A stretch of DNA of 64,000 nt. Source: Lytechinus pictus (lineage: Eukaryota). Each line of letters starts with the position of its first letter. Position 1 is the stretch's first letter. Under the pieces are notes generated by a model. That model worked only from the letters and a program-made list of their open reading frames with translations, was not told the DNA's origin and did no database searches. Where the stretch lies: the NCBI RefSeq assembly GCF_037042905.1, contig NC_087251.1, positions 32,304,001-32,368,000 of the forward strand, in the 5' to 3' direction. Positions 38,400-52,022 of the stretch are shown here, piece by piece. The translations under genes and the position numbers were made by a program.

Positions 38400-38500
38400 C
38401 TCTGCTAGCTGTAGCATTCTGATGCGTGCGTGTTGACGTACGTACGCGGCGAAAGGCACTGCGGATTTCTTTCTGCTATTAGCTGATTGGCTAAACACTT
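38400..38500 (-). promoter_or_regulatory. Candidate SMOC core promoter
   Basis: CpG-rich unique stretch about 500 bp upstream of the ATG, with CCAAT (minus strand, 38486-38490) and a CRE-like TGACGTA (38434-38440). The TSS cannot be determined from sequence. Confidence 0.4.
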
Positions 38501-39045
38501 GTCTTTAGAAATCACATTTCCTTGGAACTGAGAACTCGTCTTAAATGAAGTTGTACAAAACACTTCTTCTTTAAAATCCTTCGAATAAATGAATGTTATA
38601 TGAGTTGAACAAGTTAATCACTTTTTGGTAGTTTGGCCGCGATATCCTTCTCTCTCTCATTAATTTCTTCCCTTTTATATATAATATATTCAAGCACCAA
38701 TAGGTACCACTTTCATGCAAATATTAATTCTCCTTGTTCATATAACATGTATGTTCTCCTCGCTGGCAGAGAAACCTCTCTCAGTTGGACGTTCACTCGC
38801 TTAAACATAAACAGACCCATTCTCACGCACTTAATTGGTGTCATGAAAAACCACAACCAGAAACATGGAAAATACAGGCCATTTCAAGTTCAAGTTCGAG
38901 TCACATTATACTCAAATTATTTAGAGACTGTCATTCGGCATGCTGCCTGTAGAATTCTTACAATTCTCTAATTCTGGATGTCAGCTCTTATCTTCATGCT
39001 TGTATCTATATATATTCCTCCTCAGTAATAACTGATCACTCCAAA

Positions 39046-39090
39046 CTACTATACTACCACAATACCACCACTACTACGACGACGACGACG

Positions 39091-39137
<47 letters not shown>

Positions 39138-39141
39138 AACA

Positions 39142-39221
<80 letters not shown>

Positions 39222-39340
39222 TACCTACTACTGCTGCTGGTGGTGCTGTTGCTACTGCTACTACCATGAATACTACTTTTACTATTACTGATGATAATTG
39301 TCAAAGTTATAATAATAATAATAACGATAATAACGATCAT
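39046..39340. repeat. (CTA)n microsatellite with (CGA)n, (CTG)n and (TAA)n segments
   Basis: Directly visible triplet runs. Confidence 0.95.
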
Positions 39341-39399
39341 TAAAAAATATAAAGATAATTTATATTACCATTCAAGAGTTATGTTATATTATAGACCAG

Positions 39400-41790
39400 G
39401 GAACCGTTTCATAAAGTTGTTCGTTAACATAGGCGGATCCAGGGGGGCCGAGGGGCCCGCCCCCCCCCCCCTATTGGCGGAGCAAAGAAAAGAAAAAAAG
39501 GAAAGAAAGAGAATAAATGGAAAAAAAAAGGAGGGAAAAGAGAGGAGAAAAAAGAAGAGGAGGAAGACGAGTGAATAAAATAAGATGAGGGGAAGACTTG
39601 GAAACTAAAAAGAATATTTCATGTCACTGTATAGAATATTCGCTCGCGCTTCGCGCTCGCATTGCCTGTAAGGTGATTTTCATATCTTGTTCAATATGGA
39701 GTTTAAATATCAAGTTTGGAAGTCAATAAACAATACATATTTTCCCTCGAAAATCGAACTTTCATTATTTTGTGTGATTTACAAATTGTTTTTAAAAAGT
39801 GCTCTGTAAAAATGTCAGTTTTATGGTCTGCATATTAACATTTTCTGCTCGTGCTGCGCGCTCGCAAATTTTTATTTATCAGGTACCTATTATTTTCGTG
39901 TATTCCATAAAGTTTTCAAAATATCCCTTTTCAGGTCTGATCAAAATATCCCTTTTCAGGTCAAAAGGTATCAGCTAGCGCTGCACGATTGCATTTTGAT
40001 TGGCGAGTTATGTCTCAATATTGATGATACAACAAACTACTTAAAATCCCCTTTTCATGACAGTTTATCAAAAATTTTGGCTCGCGATTTGCGCTCGCAT
40101 TAATGGTTAAAATATATTAACTTGATGCATCCTATTTATAATTACAAAAGTGCTTGGAATGTCCAATTTTCAGACAATAATATCATCAGAATTCGCACCC
40201 TAGGCATTAATGAATAAGATATTAATTTAATAATTAAATTGTCCCTTTTGTTAGCAAGAGAAATAGGAAGATAGTCATCATTTCTATATGCATGTCCTAA
40301 AGATGTCCCGGTCCTATGTTAAAACTTAAAGTCATAATAATTAAAAATATCAGCTCTTTATTAAGTGCGATCCATATCCACCTCACAATTTTCCTACAAA
40401 GTTCTTGAAATATTGAGCTGAAATTAACTCTTTTTTCAGTTAAGCTCGCGCTTCACGGTCGCTTTGATTTTCCTGATAAAAGATGTATTTAGAATGCCTA
40501 GATTCTAGGTCTAAATCATCTATGGTCTAATATGAAACACGCGCGCGCATGTTTATTCAGATAGTCAACTTGTTCTCTATTTAAATCATTATCCAGTTTC
40601 AGATCACAATATCAAAAATTTTCTGCTCGCGCGTTGTGCTCGCATTATTAATGTAGGAAGATCCCCTATTACTCATTATTTTCGTGATATAGAAAATATA
40701 AGAATAGAGTGCCCGTTTTCATTCCTGAATCTCGATTTTTCCGCTCGCGCTTCGCGCTCGCATCAATTGTTTAGTTATATACCTATCCTGTTCACGATTA
40801 CAAAAATTGATTAAAATTTTACATTCTTTATGTAGAAATGTCAAAATTTTAAAGCTCGCGCTTCGCGCTCGCATTATTTGACTGTTGAAATATGTAACGT
40901 CTTCATGGCTAAGTGCAAGCAGTCCTTAACAGGTACATTTTCGATCAGTTCAAAACGTATATAAAAATTTTCTGCTCGCGCTCTGCGCTCGCATTATTAA
41001 TGTAAGGAAGATCCCCACTTACTCATCCTTTTCATGATTTACAAAACTTGAATAGAGTATTTCGTTCAGTAGGTCTAAATCTCGAAATTTTCCGCTCGCG
41101 CTTCGCGCTCGCTTCAATTGTTTAGCTATATACCTATTCTGTTTGAGTTACAAAAAGTGCTTGGAATTTCCATTCCTTAGGTAAGAAAAAAAAAATCAGT
41201 TCGCGCTTCGCGCTCGCATTACTTGATTTTTTAAAATATGTAACGTCTTCATGGCTAACTGCAAGCAGTCTTTACCAGTACCCTTTCCATCAGTTCGTTT
41301 CTGCTCGCGCTTCACGTTCGTAGTAATTATTCATTTGCATACACATCTTCTTCAGGATAACAAACATTGCCCAGAATGTTCAAAATTTTAGAAAAAAATA
41401 CATAAGATTTCCAAAAAAAATTAGCTCGCGCTTCGCGCTCGCATTATATAAATAAGGATTATGGTATTATATATTTATGTTTGTTCATCATGTTCATAAG
41501 AAGAAAGCAAAGAAGTGACTATTAGTACTACCCCTTCAAAGAAACCAAAAATCCCGGCAAAATCTTCTTCGAGCGGCCGATCGGGGAAAATATGGCTGAA
41601 AAAAAAATTCCGGCCCCCCCCCCTATTGGCGAAGGCTGGATCCGCCCCTGGTTAAGAGTGACCTTAAAAACGACTGGTGATCCTTTTTTTTGGTAAATGA
41701 TATTCGCCATTAAATGTTCATTGGTGATTATTTAGCGCGTAAGAAAGATTCAACAGTCGCTCTTAAGTTACAGCTTTATGAAACGGCCCC
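39400..41790. mobile_element. ~165-bp Harbinger-like MITE split by a 2.2-kb insertion
   Basis: TIR GGAACCGTTTCATAAAGTTGT / GGGGCCGTTTCATAAAGCTGT (18/21) and TSD CAG (39397-39399, 41791-41793). Confidence 0.8.
39428..41650. mobile_element. 2.2-kb non-autonomous TIR element with an internal repeat array
   Basis: Ends CATAGGCGGATCCAG...CTGGATCCGCCCCTG, 5-bp TSD GTTAA, and about 13 internal copies of GCTCGCGCTTCGCGCTCGC. No coding capacity seen. Confidence 0.88.
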
Positions 41791-43825
41791 CAGGTTGGTT
41801 AAATTTATAGCGTAATGTCTCACTCAGTATTGTCCCTCATCATAAAATCATGAAACTACTTCAATGATAAAATCATGCAGAGTCATGGATACCACTCCTT
41901 TTCGAGTGTCTTATCACTCATTTAGATTTAGAGAAAAAAAAATCAGGAAATTTGCATTGAATCTGCTTAATATCTTTCAAACTCAATCCCCAAATCTCTA
42001 GCCTGAATAAACAGATATGATGATTTCAAGAATGGGTATATTTTAATTCAACTCATTTGCGTCTTGTTGTTTTTGTTGTTGTTGATGACAATCATGGTGA
42101 TGACAGGTGCCAGATAGGAATGTTATGATACAACGAAAGTCAGACTAGATTATATAACAAGCTAACCAAATCAAAGATTATTACATTCAATTTGTTTTAA
42201 TATCAAATAAAAATGAGCTTTACAAAGACAATTTCATAACAAATCAAGAGGACTGGTTAAGGATGGAGTCCACAATACTATTATCTCTCAATGCAATTAA
42301 ATTCTATTGCAATACCACAGTCGACAATGCAATTCGGTGGTTTGTGGTAATTGTATAGGTGGCTTTCAATCAAATCCAAAACTAATTGCTCACAATAACG
42401 TTCATAATATGATTTGGGAGGTGCAATAATCGCCCGAGGCTCACAACGTGATGAAATATTGCATCCCCTGACTTCACAAGGTATAATGAATGTGGGAACT
42501 ATAGAGGGGTGTAAAATGGAAATAAACAGTTTTGTTCCTTAAAACATCCAAAAAAATGTCAAATAGACGTTGCAGTAATTTTGAAAAATGGAAAAGACAT
42601 CGATCGCAAAGATGAAGTTGTGCATCACAAAATCATCCCATTTTAACTCTCTTTGGCTGTTTAGGGTGATAAGTGTGTGATTAATTTATGAAATATAAAT
42701 TACAATCAACACAAATCCACTATATTTGCGATTAGGCATATTGAAAACAAATCTCAGAACAAAAAGACAGATTTGGTTTATAATGAAGGATGTTGAGTGC
42801 ATATTGGGTTGCTGCTCGTGTTAAGAAATTTATGAATTAGTTATAGTCAGGTATGGTTTTCATCCAGCTGAACGGAACTCCTTCCTTCACAGTCCAACTC
42901 CCAACATAATCCCAATGCTTATAGGTCCATCATTCAATACATTCTTCTGAAATTGATTTATTTGGAGAGGATAACGATCTCTTTAAACATTCATGAGCTA
43001 TGTGCACGCTGTCATGCACGTCGGATAAAGGCGGTCCTTAGATCAAACCCGATCCGACCCCCTTCGTCCATATACCACGGTCGTACCGAGGACAAGAACA
43101 TCAGTGAATGATGAATTAATTTTCCATCTACGTGAAGAATGGGGGGGGGGGGGGGGGGTAGCTAATATATGATATGATAAAAGCGTTCATAAAATGAGTT
43201 CATAATCATGACTTGTGTGCCCCTACATTGCTTTCGTGTGTTCTATTTGCAAAGTTTTAAAAGTAATAAAAAAATTAAAGTAAAATTGAATTGACGTAGC
43301 AGCATTCTTGTGTCCTGTTTTGCTTTATTTTTATCTATTTTTTTTAATTTGTCTTTGTTCTCTTTTTCTTCTTTGTTCTTGTTCTGATACCTCATTTCGG
43401 GAGGAGGGGGGGGGGTTAACGTTATAATGAGTTATGCTTTAGTGGATCTCCCATTTCCCCCGATATTTAATTACAGATCATTATTTAAAATGTGTATTGC
43501 GAATTATTATCTATGAACAATAGAATGATCAGTCGACCACGGATATTCTGAAGTCTACCCTTAACAATTACAAAAAGTAGCTTATCTCTTTTTGGGTTGT
43601 TGGATGTTTTAGTGTATTATTCACCGATTCTCGCTTTTCGAGCATATGATATATATTCTATTACATATTTTACAGTTCTGTTCCTATAGATTTCAATATG
43701 CGATATGTTAAGCGAATTTGGGTTGATTCTACATCTGTATTCAGGCAGTCCTTTTACGACGGCAGGTACAGCGCAGGGGTTGATCGATTTCCTTTAATTC
43801 CTATTATTACAAGAACCTGTCACCG

Positions 43826-43827
<2 letters not shown>

Positions 43828-43856
<29 letters not shown>
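43828..43856. repeat. (GCCA)n tetranucleotide microsatellite
   Basis: About seven tandem GCCA units. Confidence 0.9.
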
Positions 43857-43859
<3 letters not shown>

Positions 43860-44484
43860 GTGAGGTAAGGTAGAGAGCGGGGCACTGAGCCATAAAAAAC
43901 AAGTACAATTCCGCGCCCGTTTTCAGTCTACCACTCACTTCACAGGAACCGAACGGAGACCGCAGGTGCGACACGAGATGGGAATTTGCAGGTGTGACAA
44001 ATGGCACCCTAATGCGATCTGCCATGCCCAAAGGAATGTATTTTGACCCCTCTGTTTACTAGTCTGCATCGGCAGGCAGCTAGCATGAATGAATATTGGG
44101 AATATTTAGAGCTTCAAAACAATTAGTTTGTCTGTAATACATTGTGAATTGTTGCATACAGATAAATGATATGATAATACGAAGATAACGTCTCAAGAGT
44201 AAACTATCTCTGTTGATAGTAACTTGGAGCGTCTAAGTATTTGTCAACCCTGGTAATATAGCCTACTAATGATACTTAGACATAAAAGGGTAATTTGTCA
44301 AGTAGGTAGTTATTAAAACTAGTTAATAATAATTACATACAGGTATATGACTTGCATGTGTTATAATAACATACTGGTTACATTATAGATTGGACAACTG
44401 GCTTCGCAAGTTTTGTCGAAAACGAATGTATTTTTGCTCCACAAACACAAAGAAAACGCTTAACAAAATATGGTTAAAATGCTA

Positions 44485-44885
44485 CTGATGATAACGGTGA
44501 TGGTGGAAGGGAAGTGATGGTGATGATGATGATGATGATGATGACGAGATGAAGGGAATGGTGATGATGATAATGCTGTTTCTAATGATGATAACGTTGT
44601 TGTTGGTTGTGCTGATGGTGGCGGTGGTGGTGATGCTGGCAGGTGCTGCTGGTGTTGTGTTGATATTGGTGATGTAATGGCGATGGTGATAGTTATGGTG
44701 TTGGTGGTGCTTGTGGCGGTAATGGTGCTGCTGATGGAGGTGGAACTGTTAAGGTTGGTGGTGTTGGCGGTGCTGATACTGACAATAATGTTTTGTTGCT
44801 TCTGCTGATGATTATTAAGATGGCGGAGGTGGTATTTACTGGTGATGATCATGATGGTGTTAGTATCCATGATGGTGACGATGTT
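44485..44885. repeat. Degenerate (TGA/TGG/TGC)n low-complexity tract
   Basis: Visible triplet periodicity, which explains the His/Thr/Ser-rich ORF 44460-44870. Confidence 0.85.
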
Positions 44886-47224
44886 AGAAATGGTGGAAAT
44901 AGATTTGGTTGGTTACCATCGACATCAAAATCCAGGGGAGAACTAATTCTTACCTTTGGAATTTGACACTCTGATAACGGTGTGCAGTAAAATTAAACAT
45001 GTCATGGTTGTCACAGACAGTTGATACATGAGTAGCATGCAATGAGTGGCTCAACACCTTACCTACAAGTACAATCTTTTGCGTCACTGTCGTCAAAAAT
45101 CGCAATTTTTGTAGTGGCGTGTGTAGTTATTGTAAGGATTGAATTTGGAAACGTACCATTAAGATCGTACAAACACAAAGTCCGGGCTATCGGAGACTTT
45201 GTTCATTTGAACCCGTTTCTTCTTAGAGACCTATCCTCAAAACTTCGGACATCCTTCATAACCACTCCAAAACCACTCCACGATGATAGTTCCTAACCAT
45301 CAAACTTTTGAATGATGAGCGCTGCTTGAACGCTGGAGGAGGCTGAAAAAGCAGGTTGTAAAACATGTTTTATGAGGAGCGAACGTGACTTTCCGGCGGT
45401 TGAATTGTTTTGTTTCCCATTCGTGTCCCGTTTCTTGTCTCTTCTTTTTTTAAACCGCTTGAACCCCGACACAATGGCCAGGGGTATGCGACTCGCGTGT
45501 CCTCGGCTAACTATCTTGTCCGTTCTTGTTATTGTTTTCATTCTATTTTTCTTTATTTTTATTCAACTTTGACTCTCACATTAACCTTCACCATTCCTGA
45601 TAAATCACAACCCTCATATGAAACCGTTTGATAGTTGATGCCCTCGTTTCTATAAGTTTGTTAGGATTCTCTGAGATCACACTAATATGGCTGGTTCTGT
45701 TTCAGGCACCAAGGTGTCGTCGTCGTCTTTCAGGGGAAAACGGTTGCCTCACCAGCACCATTGAGTGGTAATCGCCACTAACTTAGGGTAGCATTTTTTC
45801 ATCTGTCACGCAATGTAAGGTTGGAAATTTGGTTAAATGAAATATATATATTTTTAGCGTTTGTTCATTAGGAAAATTTTAGGGTCTTCGTGAGCGGCTC
45901 TTTGGTTGCGTGTTGTTTTATTACATGTTTTTTAGATGAGGAATTAAGGATGTCAAATTAGTCGATTTTCACGGTTGACGCAAATTAAGGTATAAGAATT
46001 AGTGGAACCCCCCTGTTTGCGCCACTTAAGTTCACAAACCAGGGCTTGATCCGATCATCAGACGATGTTTGAAAGTGTGCATGGTGGCATGGACAATGGC
46101 GGGAGTGGTTTACGGTACAAAATGTGATGAATCCCAGAAGGACTAAGAAAACGTGGACAGAGGAAGAAGTGAAATGGATAGGCAAGAAAGTGGAAAGTTG
46201 AAAAGTACTTTATTCTTTTCTGAAAATGAGTGAAGGATTGTGAACCAGAAAAGTTGAGAGGCTTCAGTAGTTAGAGGGATTAGAGAAGGCTGGCTTGCGT
46301 CGGCGATTAGAGTTGCATAGCAGGAGCAGGAAAGAAGACTCGACATTACAATTTAAAAAACAAAGTGGTTAAAAATGACTAATCAATTGGGTCAGCTGGG
46401 TGCAACTGTTATTCTATTCATATTTGAATATTTTCTAGTCGTATTTTATGAGAACGGAGTTATTTCTAACTAGAATACTAGTATATGTCAGAAATGTGAC
46501 TATCAGTAATTGCCATATCAGTTGAACCCAGCTGACTACTGGTCTAGTCAATTTGACTGATTTGTTTGAAGAGTGTACGGGCAGGTTGACTATCTTCATT
46601 ACTCTTAAACGACTAAACCCACATGATAATGAGAGGGCTCAAGTCTTTTTACAAAGGATTATGATAGTTGTTAATCATATGAAAAGTGAGGTAATTCGAT
46701 AATGACATTCCTATACACTAAACATATATCCTGAGACAAATCAACAGCGCCATCTTACGGTTAGATTATAGAATAAGTTGCGAAGATGTGGACCCATAAT
46801 GCACCATTCCCTAAATTACAAGCTTCTAAAACAATATTCGGCAGCAACATTAAAATTTACAATATGCATGGGTCTTAATAGCGAAAATGCCTGAAGATGA
46901 TACATACAGGATCCACACTTCTTAATCGTTATAGTTGAAATGACCTTATGAAATGATCAGTTGTATATTGTTTCTGATTGATTTCTATAGTCGCATTTGA
47001 CTAGGACGCAACCGCATCTGAGTAGAATGATAGTGAGATCACTGAAATAGAAATAATGTAATTCCAGTGCAATGAGTATTGAACCAAGCTCACTCTTGAC
47101 TAATTGACCAGAAGAGTAAGAAACTTGACCCACTCGTGAGATGGCGTTGTTCATTAGTGTAGTGAGAAGCAGCAACCGGCGAATTCCACGTAACTTGAAC
47201 ACAATGGCATTGATGTGAAAATTA

Positions 47225-47456
47225 CACTCTATATTCCAAGGATTTGAAATAAATCCAGATCGGCCGTGAATAGTGACCAGCCGAATATTAGATTTAGATT
47301 TAAACCTTGTTGATTTGAATATAAATCTAAAAGATTTGAATTTAAATCTTTTGAAATTTTAAAGTCAATCCTTAAGATTTGAAATAAATTCAAAATTCGG
47401 CTGGTCACTATTTACAGCCGATCTGGATTTATTTTAAATCCTTGGAATTTAGAGTA
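47225..47456. mobile_element. Foldback MITE with ~60-bp TIRs, flanked by TA
   Basis: CACTCTATATTCCAAGGATTTGAAATAAATCCAGATCGGCCGTGAATAGTGACCAGCCGAAT is mirrored at ~47395-47456 with few mismatches. Confidence 0.85.
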
Positions 47457-50171
47457 TATGTTGTGTCCACTGTTACGCAACCTCGCCCATCCACAAGAAA
47501 AACATTTTGAGTGTCAGTGTACTGTCATTTTCGGAGTCAAATTCCCACTGGTGACGATCCGGAGAGGGATAGGGGCGACTGTCCCTGTCAATTTGACAAA
47601 TTGTGAAAGAAAAAAGGGGAGAAAAGATGAAAGAGAGAAAGAATAAGTAAGAAAGAGGGAATAAAGCTAAGCGGGAGAGTGTTCCAAAAAGAGATTTTGG
47701 GTGTGTAAAACACCCCCTGTATATTACACCATTGAGACAAAATGTAGGTCGCCTTGCCCAGCCTACCACAGCCCGCATTTCAGACTACTCGTAAAACACG
47801 TAATATTCAAAATAAGTATCATATGTGAACAACCAAAACAACCCCCCCCCCCCCAAAAAAAAAAGGTTTCACTCCCGAATGAAGGTGAATTTTCCCAAAT
47901 CACTCACAAAAAGAAATGTGTGACTTGTGGTTTTGGTAACAAGTCTAATGAGCTACATTTATCATACCAAGTAAATCATAAAGCTAGCTCTATGCTCAGA
48001 TATTGCTGTGCACCAGCAGATTTTTTTTGGGGGGGTGGAGGTAAGGGTGTCTTTAGAAGGAGTAGCACCCCGGCTTCCAGGGCCGTGACTTTTTCAGGTC
48101 TGTATAACTTTGCCATATTCCCACCCCCTACTCACCCCGCATCACACCCAAGCAATCCATTCAGTTGAAGATCAGATGTCTGAAGCGGGTCTCGTTTTCG
48201 TGACTGTTGTCAGGCAGATGGGATATTACCACGTGACCCGAGTGAACTTCAAATCTCTCATTTTGGAAGAAAACATGATCTTCTGCCCAAAGACATTCTG
48301 TATGGAACATATTGATGTTACCTCCAAATCTCACTCTTAAAGGGACTGCCAAAGAAGAACAGTAATGTTATAGCATTGCTGAACTTTGTTTTATTTTGTT
48401 ACTACTCTTTTTTTTTTTTTGGGGGGGGGGGGGTATTTTCTTTATTGTTTTCATTATAATCTGATCGGAAATAAAATAAACAATCAAAACAGTCAAACAT
48501 CAGCACATGTTGTCGAGTGTATGCCGGTTTATACTATATGGCAATCCTTTCTCTCGTTTATTTATTCAGTGACTATTTTTTATTAAAAAAAAATATATTT
48601 TATTAATATCAAACAGTCAATTTTCATATAAAAATGGTATTTGTTAATAATACAAACTATCGAGAAAATATATTAAGAGATGAGCTTGTGTTGTGATCAA
48701 ATAGGCAACTCCTCAAGAAAATAATAGAATTACAGTCGTGGGAAAACGGCTTGCCCATGGCGTATGCCGGAATATACGCTTGCTAAAACGTCCACTGAGG
48801 TTTGACAGTCCCTTAAAGATCTTTTAAAGCAAGTACGAACCAGGAGCCACCTCGAGTCATCATCTACTCATTACTGGCCACGTTCCCAACCCCATAATGC
48901 ATCATTCTTAGCAGTAATTCACTACTCATTATATTCATACCGAAATAATTATGTTACGAAGTAGCTAAAAACATGTACTCTCCCTATACAGACATTTTAG
49001 TTCCTCTATACAATTGAAATTGCTTACTCTTAGCAAACAAGCTTCCAATACTTTGCTTGGTGATATTTATTTTGTAAATTTTCTACTTAAGTCGAGTATG
49101 GTATATGCTCAATGATAATTAGATTCATAATTTCCTTCATAAATTTTGTTGAATTATTCATTTATTATGTCAATGATATAATACACCTTAGTTTATATTT
49201 TACTGTTATTGTATTGTCTATACAGGATATATTTTCATTTCATCCATTCCTCAAAAATTGAATATGTCATTTTTGATCAATTTTTTTTGTATTATTGATT
49301 TTAAATGTTATTGAATTCATTCATTACTTGTATAGAACCTAAGTTACACTTTTATCTTTTATGTATATATTGTTATTTTATGTTAACAGGACCATGCTGA
49401 AAAACAGTCAATCTGAGCTTATTATCCTGTATAAAGATATTTTAATAAATAAATAGATAAATAGAAATAATAAATTATAGGCTAAATTATTTTCTAAATT
49501 ATCAATAGTTTTCTGAAAGGTACCTAAGGTTATTCATGCACACAGTCAATGACAGGTCACACACAGTTCGCTCCCCTTTAATGGTTTTGTATGTAAAGAT
49601 CGAATATTGATTAGAAATTATATAGTCGTATATAAATGATGTTTGAGAATCCCTGGGCTACTATTACTTTTACAAATCACATTAATTCTTACTTAATCAA
49701 TGGTGGACACATTTATACATGGCTATACAGTCCCTGTATTGAGCTACCGATAATTTCATTAAATAATTATTGACGTCAAAATATTAACAGAATATCACGT
49801 CTCATGCAAAGTTCAATGAAAATATGACAACTCTTCTACATCGTCCTTTCTCATCTATACATTTCTGATGAGAGATAAAAGTAGCAAATCCAACATGTCC
49901 AAGGAAAATAATGACAACTACAATCTACCATTGGTCTTTAATGTCATTTATGAGTTCACGTCAATTCCCCTTGCACGTCATGCCGGATTATGGTATTAGG
50001 TTTGTGCGTGGTATCCAAACACTATTCATTCATATGATGATATTTCTATTTTTTAAAGAATTGAAAATAGAGTTGCTGGTTGCCATGGCAATGAAACAAG
50101 AGTATAACTCTTTCCGAGTATTGCTTGATAAATTTGCATCATTTTTCTAAAATAAATTTTATACTCCCAAT

Positions 50172-52022
50172 CAGGGGCGTCGATCCATTATTCAGATGGG
50201 GGGGGGGGGCAAAATCATGAATCAACGTTCCAAAGACGCTCGATCACACAAAACAAATAAACTCACCCACTCTCACCCCTACACACACACACCCTCACAC
50301 ACATAGGCCTATATATGCACATATATATATATATATACATGTATATATATATACAGTGCGTATAAAAAAAAGTTTACACTTTGAAAAGGCTCTTGGAATT
50401 AAAAAATATACAACATGTGGGTATTTTTTTGACATATAATCTTGGGTTTGGGTCTCATCTATCAAATGAAAGTAAAAGTTTTGACAGAATGTTACACTTG
50501 AGTGAGCACTGTCCATTTTTGTAAAGCTCACAGAAATCTGTTTGCGCAGAAACGCTCGTTTTCACGCTGTGTCAGGGGAATGGGCGAAATCAAACTTACA
50601 TTGTGAAACATTTCTCATACATTTCCCTTGCACTTTCAGTCAATTGAAATAAAACGGATACATTCAACCTTTTGTAACAATTTTCCACCCAAATTGAAAT
50701 TTCAACACTTAGTAAGCACAACCTTTACAATTTTTGTGCCAGCTGGATCTGAGGACATAACTGAATCTGAACAAAAGTTTATATCAGACATCTCCAGTAT
50801 TTTTTCACTAAGTTTTTATCATTTAAAGTGGGTTTACATTTCATTTTTCATTTAATACTTGTTTTTCCACACTTTTCCCAAGCTTGAAAATGATTAACAC
50901 AATGAAAATCAAGCCTAAGTTATTTCATGTAATTCACAGCTCAGTGTAAAGCAAATGTCGTCATGATGGCCTCGGTGTGTGGGGGAGTGGGGTGGGGCGA
51001 TATGCACTCTTCGAAGGGTTTTGGGAAAGGAAACAAGTTAAAAAGGTTAAAGAGATCTTCAAATCAATTTTACTAGCTAAATTTCACGTGTTCTTCATGA
51101 TTAAGGTCTACTCTTATTTGCATTACTATTTCAAAGTTTTGCGCAAATCATTTTTCACTAACTTTTCAAAATTAAGTGGTGCTCACTCAAGCGGAATTAT
51201 TTTTCGACAGTTATATCGTCATTTGATTAAATGGATCTGTACCAATGTTAAAATGTGGAAAAATCTTCAGGATATTACAAATGTATGATTTTACAGGATT
51301 TTTTCTAAGTGTAAACTTTTTTTTGATACGCACTGTATATATGTGACTCATGACATATATCTCACCAACAAATTAATGCGAGCGCGAAGCGCGAGCTGAA
51401 ATTTTTTAGTATACAAACAAACAAACTCACACACAAACACGCACACACACATATGCATATATATATATATTCATTTATTTATATGACTCATGAGATAGAG
51501 ACACATATCTCACCAACAAATTAATGCGAGCGCGAGCTGAAATTTTTTAGTATACTGACATGAAAATAGGAAAAGGGTACCTGTTTAGGACTGTTTGTAG
51601 TAACACATGAGGAGGATAGATACATGTATCTCACTACACAGATAATGCGAGTGCCGAGAGCGAGCTGAAATTTCTTTATATTCTGACCTGAAAACTTGAT
51701 ATTCTAAGCATTTTTGGTACTATTCACCTATTTAATCATGAAAAGTATGGGTTTTTGCTACAAAAATGATGCGAGCGCGAAACGCGAGCTGAAATTTTTT
51801 ATATTCCAATCTGAAAAGCGGACATTTTGAGCAAGATTTTAAATAAAGAACGAGTAACTCAATCTCGCTTGCTGATTTCTGTATATAACATTACAATCTT
51901 ATTTTATTTTTGCACATGCGAAATTATTGGGGGGGGGCAAAACAATATGTTTGCCCCCCAATATTTTCATTGGTGGGGCGATCGCCCCCTGCCCCCCCCC
52001 CCCCCCAGGATCGACGCCTCTG
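50172..52022. mobile_element. Non-autonomous hAT element (contains a nested insertion)
   Basis: TIR CAG(G/A)GGCGTCGATCC, perfect 8-bp TSD CTCCCAAT (50164-50171, 52023-52030), and internal GCGAGCGCGAAGCGCGAGC repeats. Confidence 0.9.
50354..51335. mobile_element. ~980-bp Tc1/mariner-like non-autonomous element nested in the hAT element
   Basis: TIR CAGTGCGTAT(A/C)AAAAAAAAGTTTACACTT with TA on both sides, inserted in a (TA)n tract. Confidence 0.88.

Noticed and set aside
39640..41445. CRISPR-like repeat-spacer appearance
   Set aside because: Eukaryotic context, spacers about 100 bp long and homologous to one another, no cas genes, and the array lies inside a TIR/TSD-bounded element.
47473..48352. 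Cluster of 60-155 aa ORFs
   Set aside because: No recognisable domains, several non-ATG starts, homopolymer-derived residues, and no consistent exon chain.
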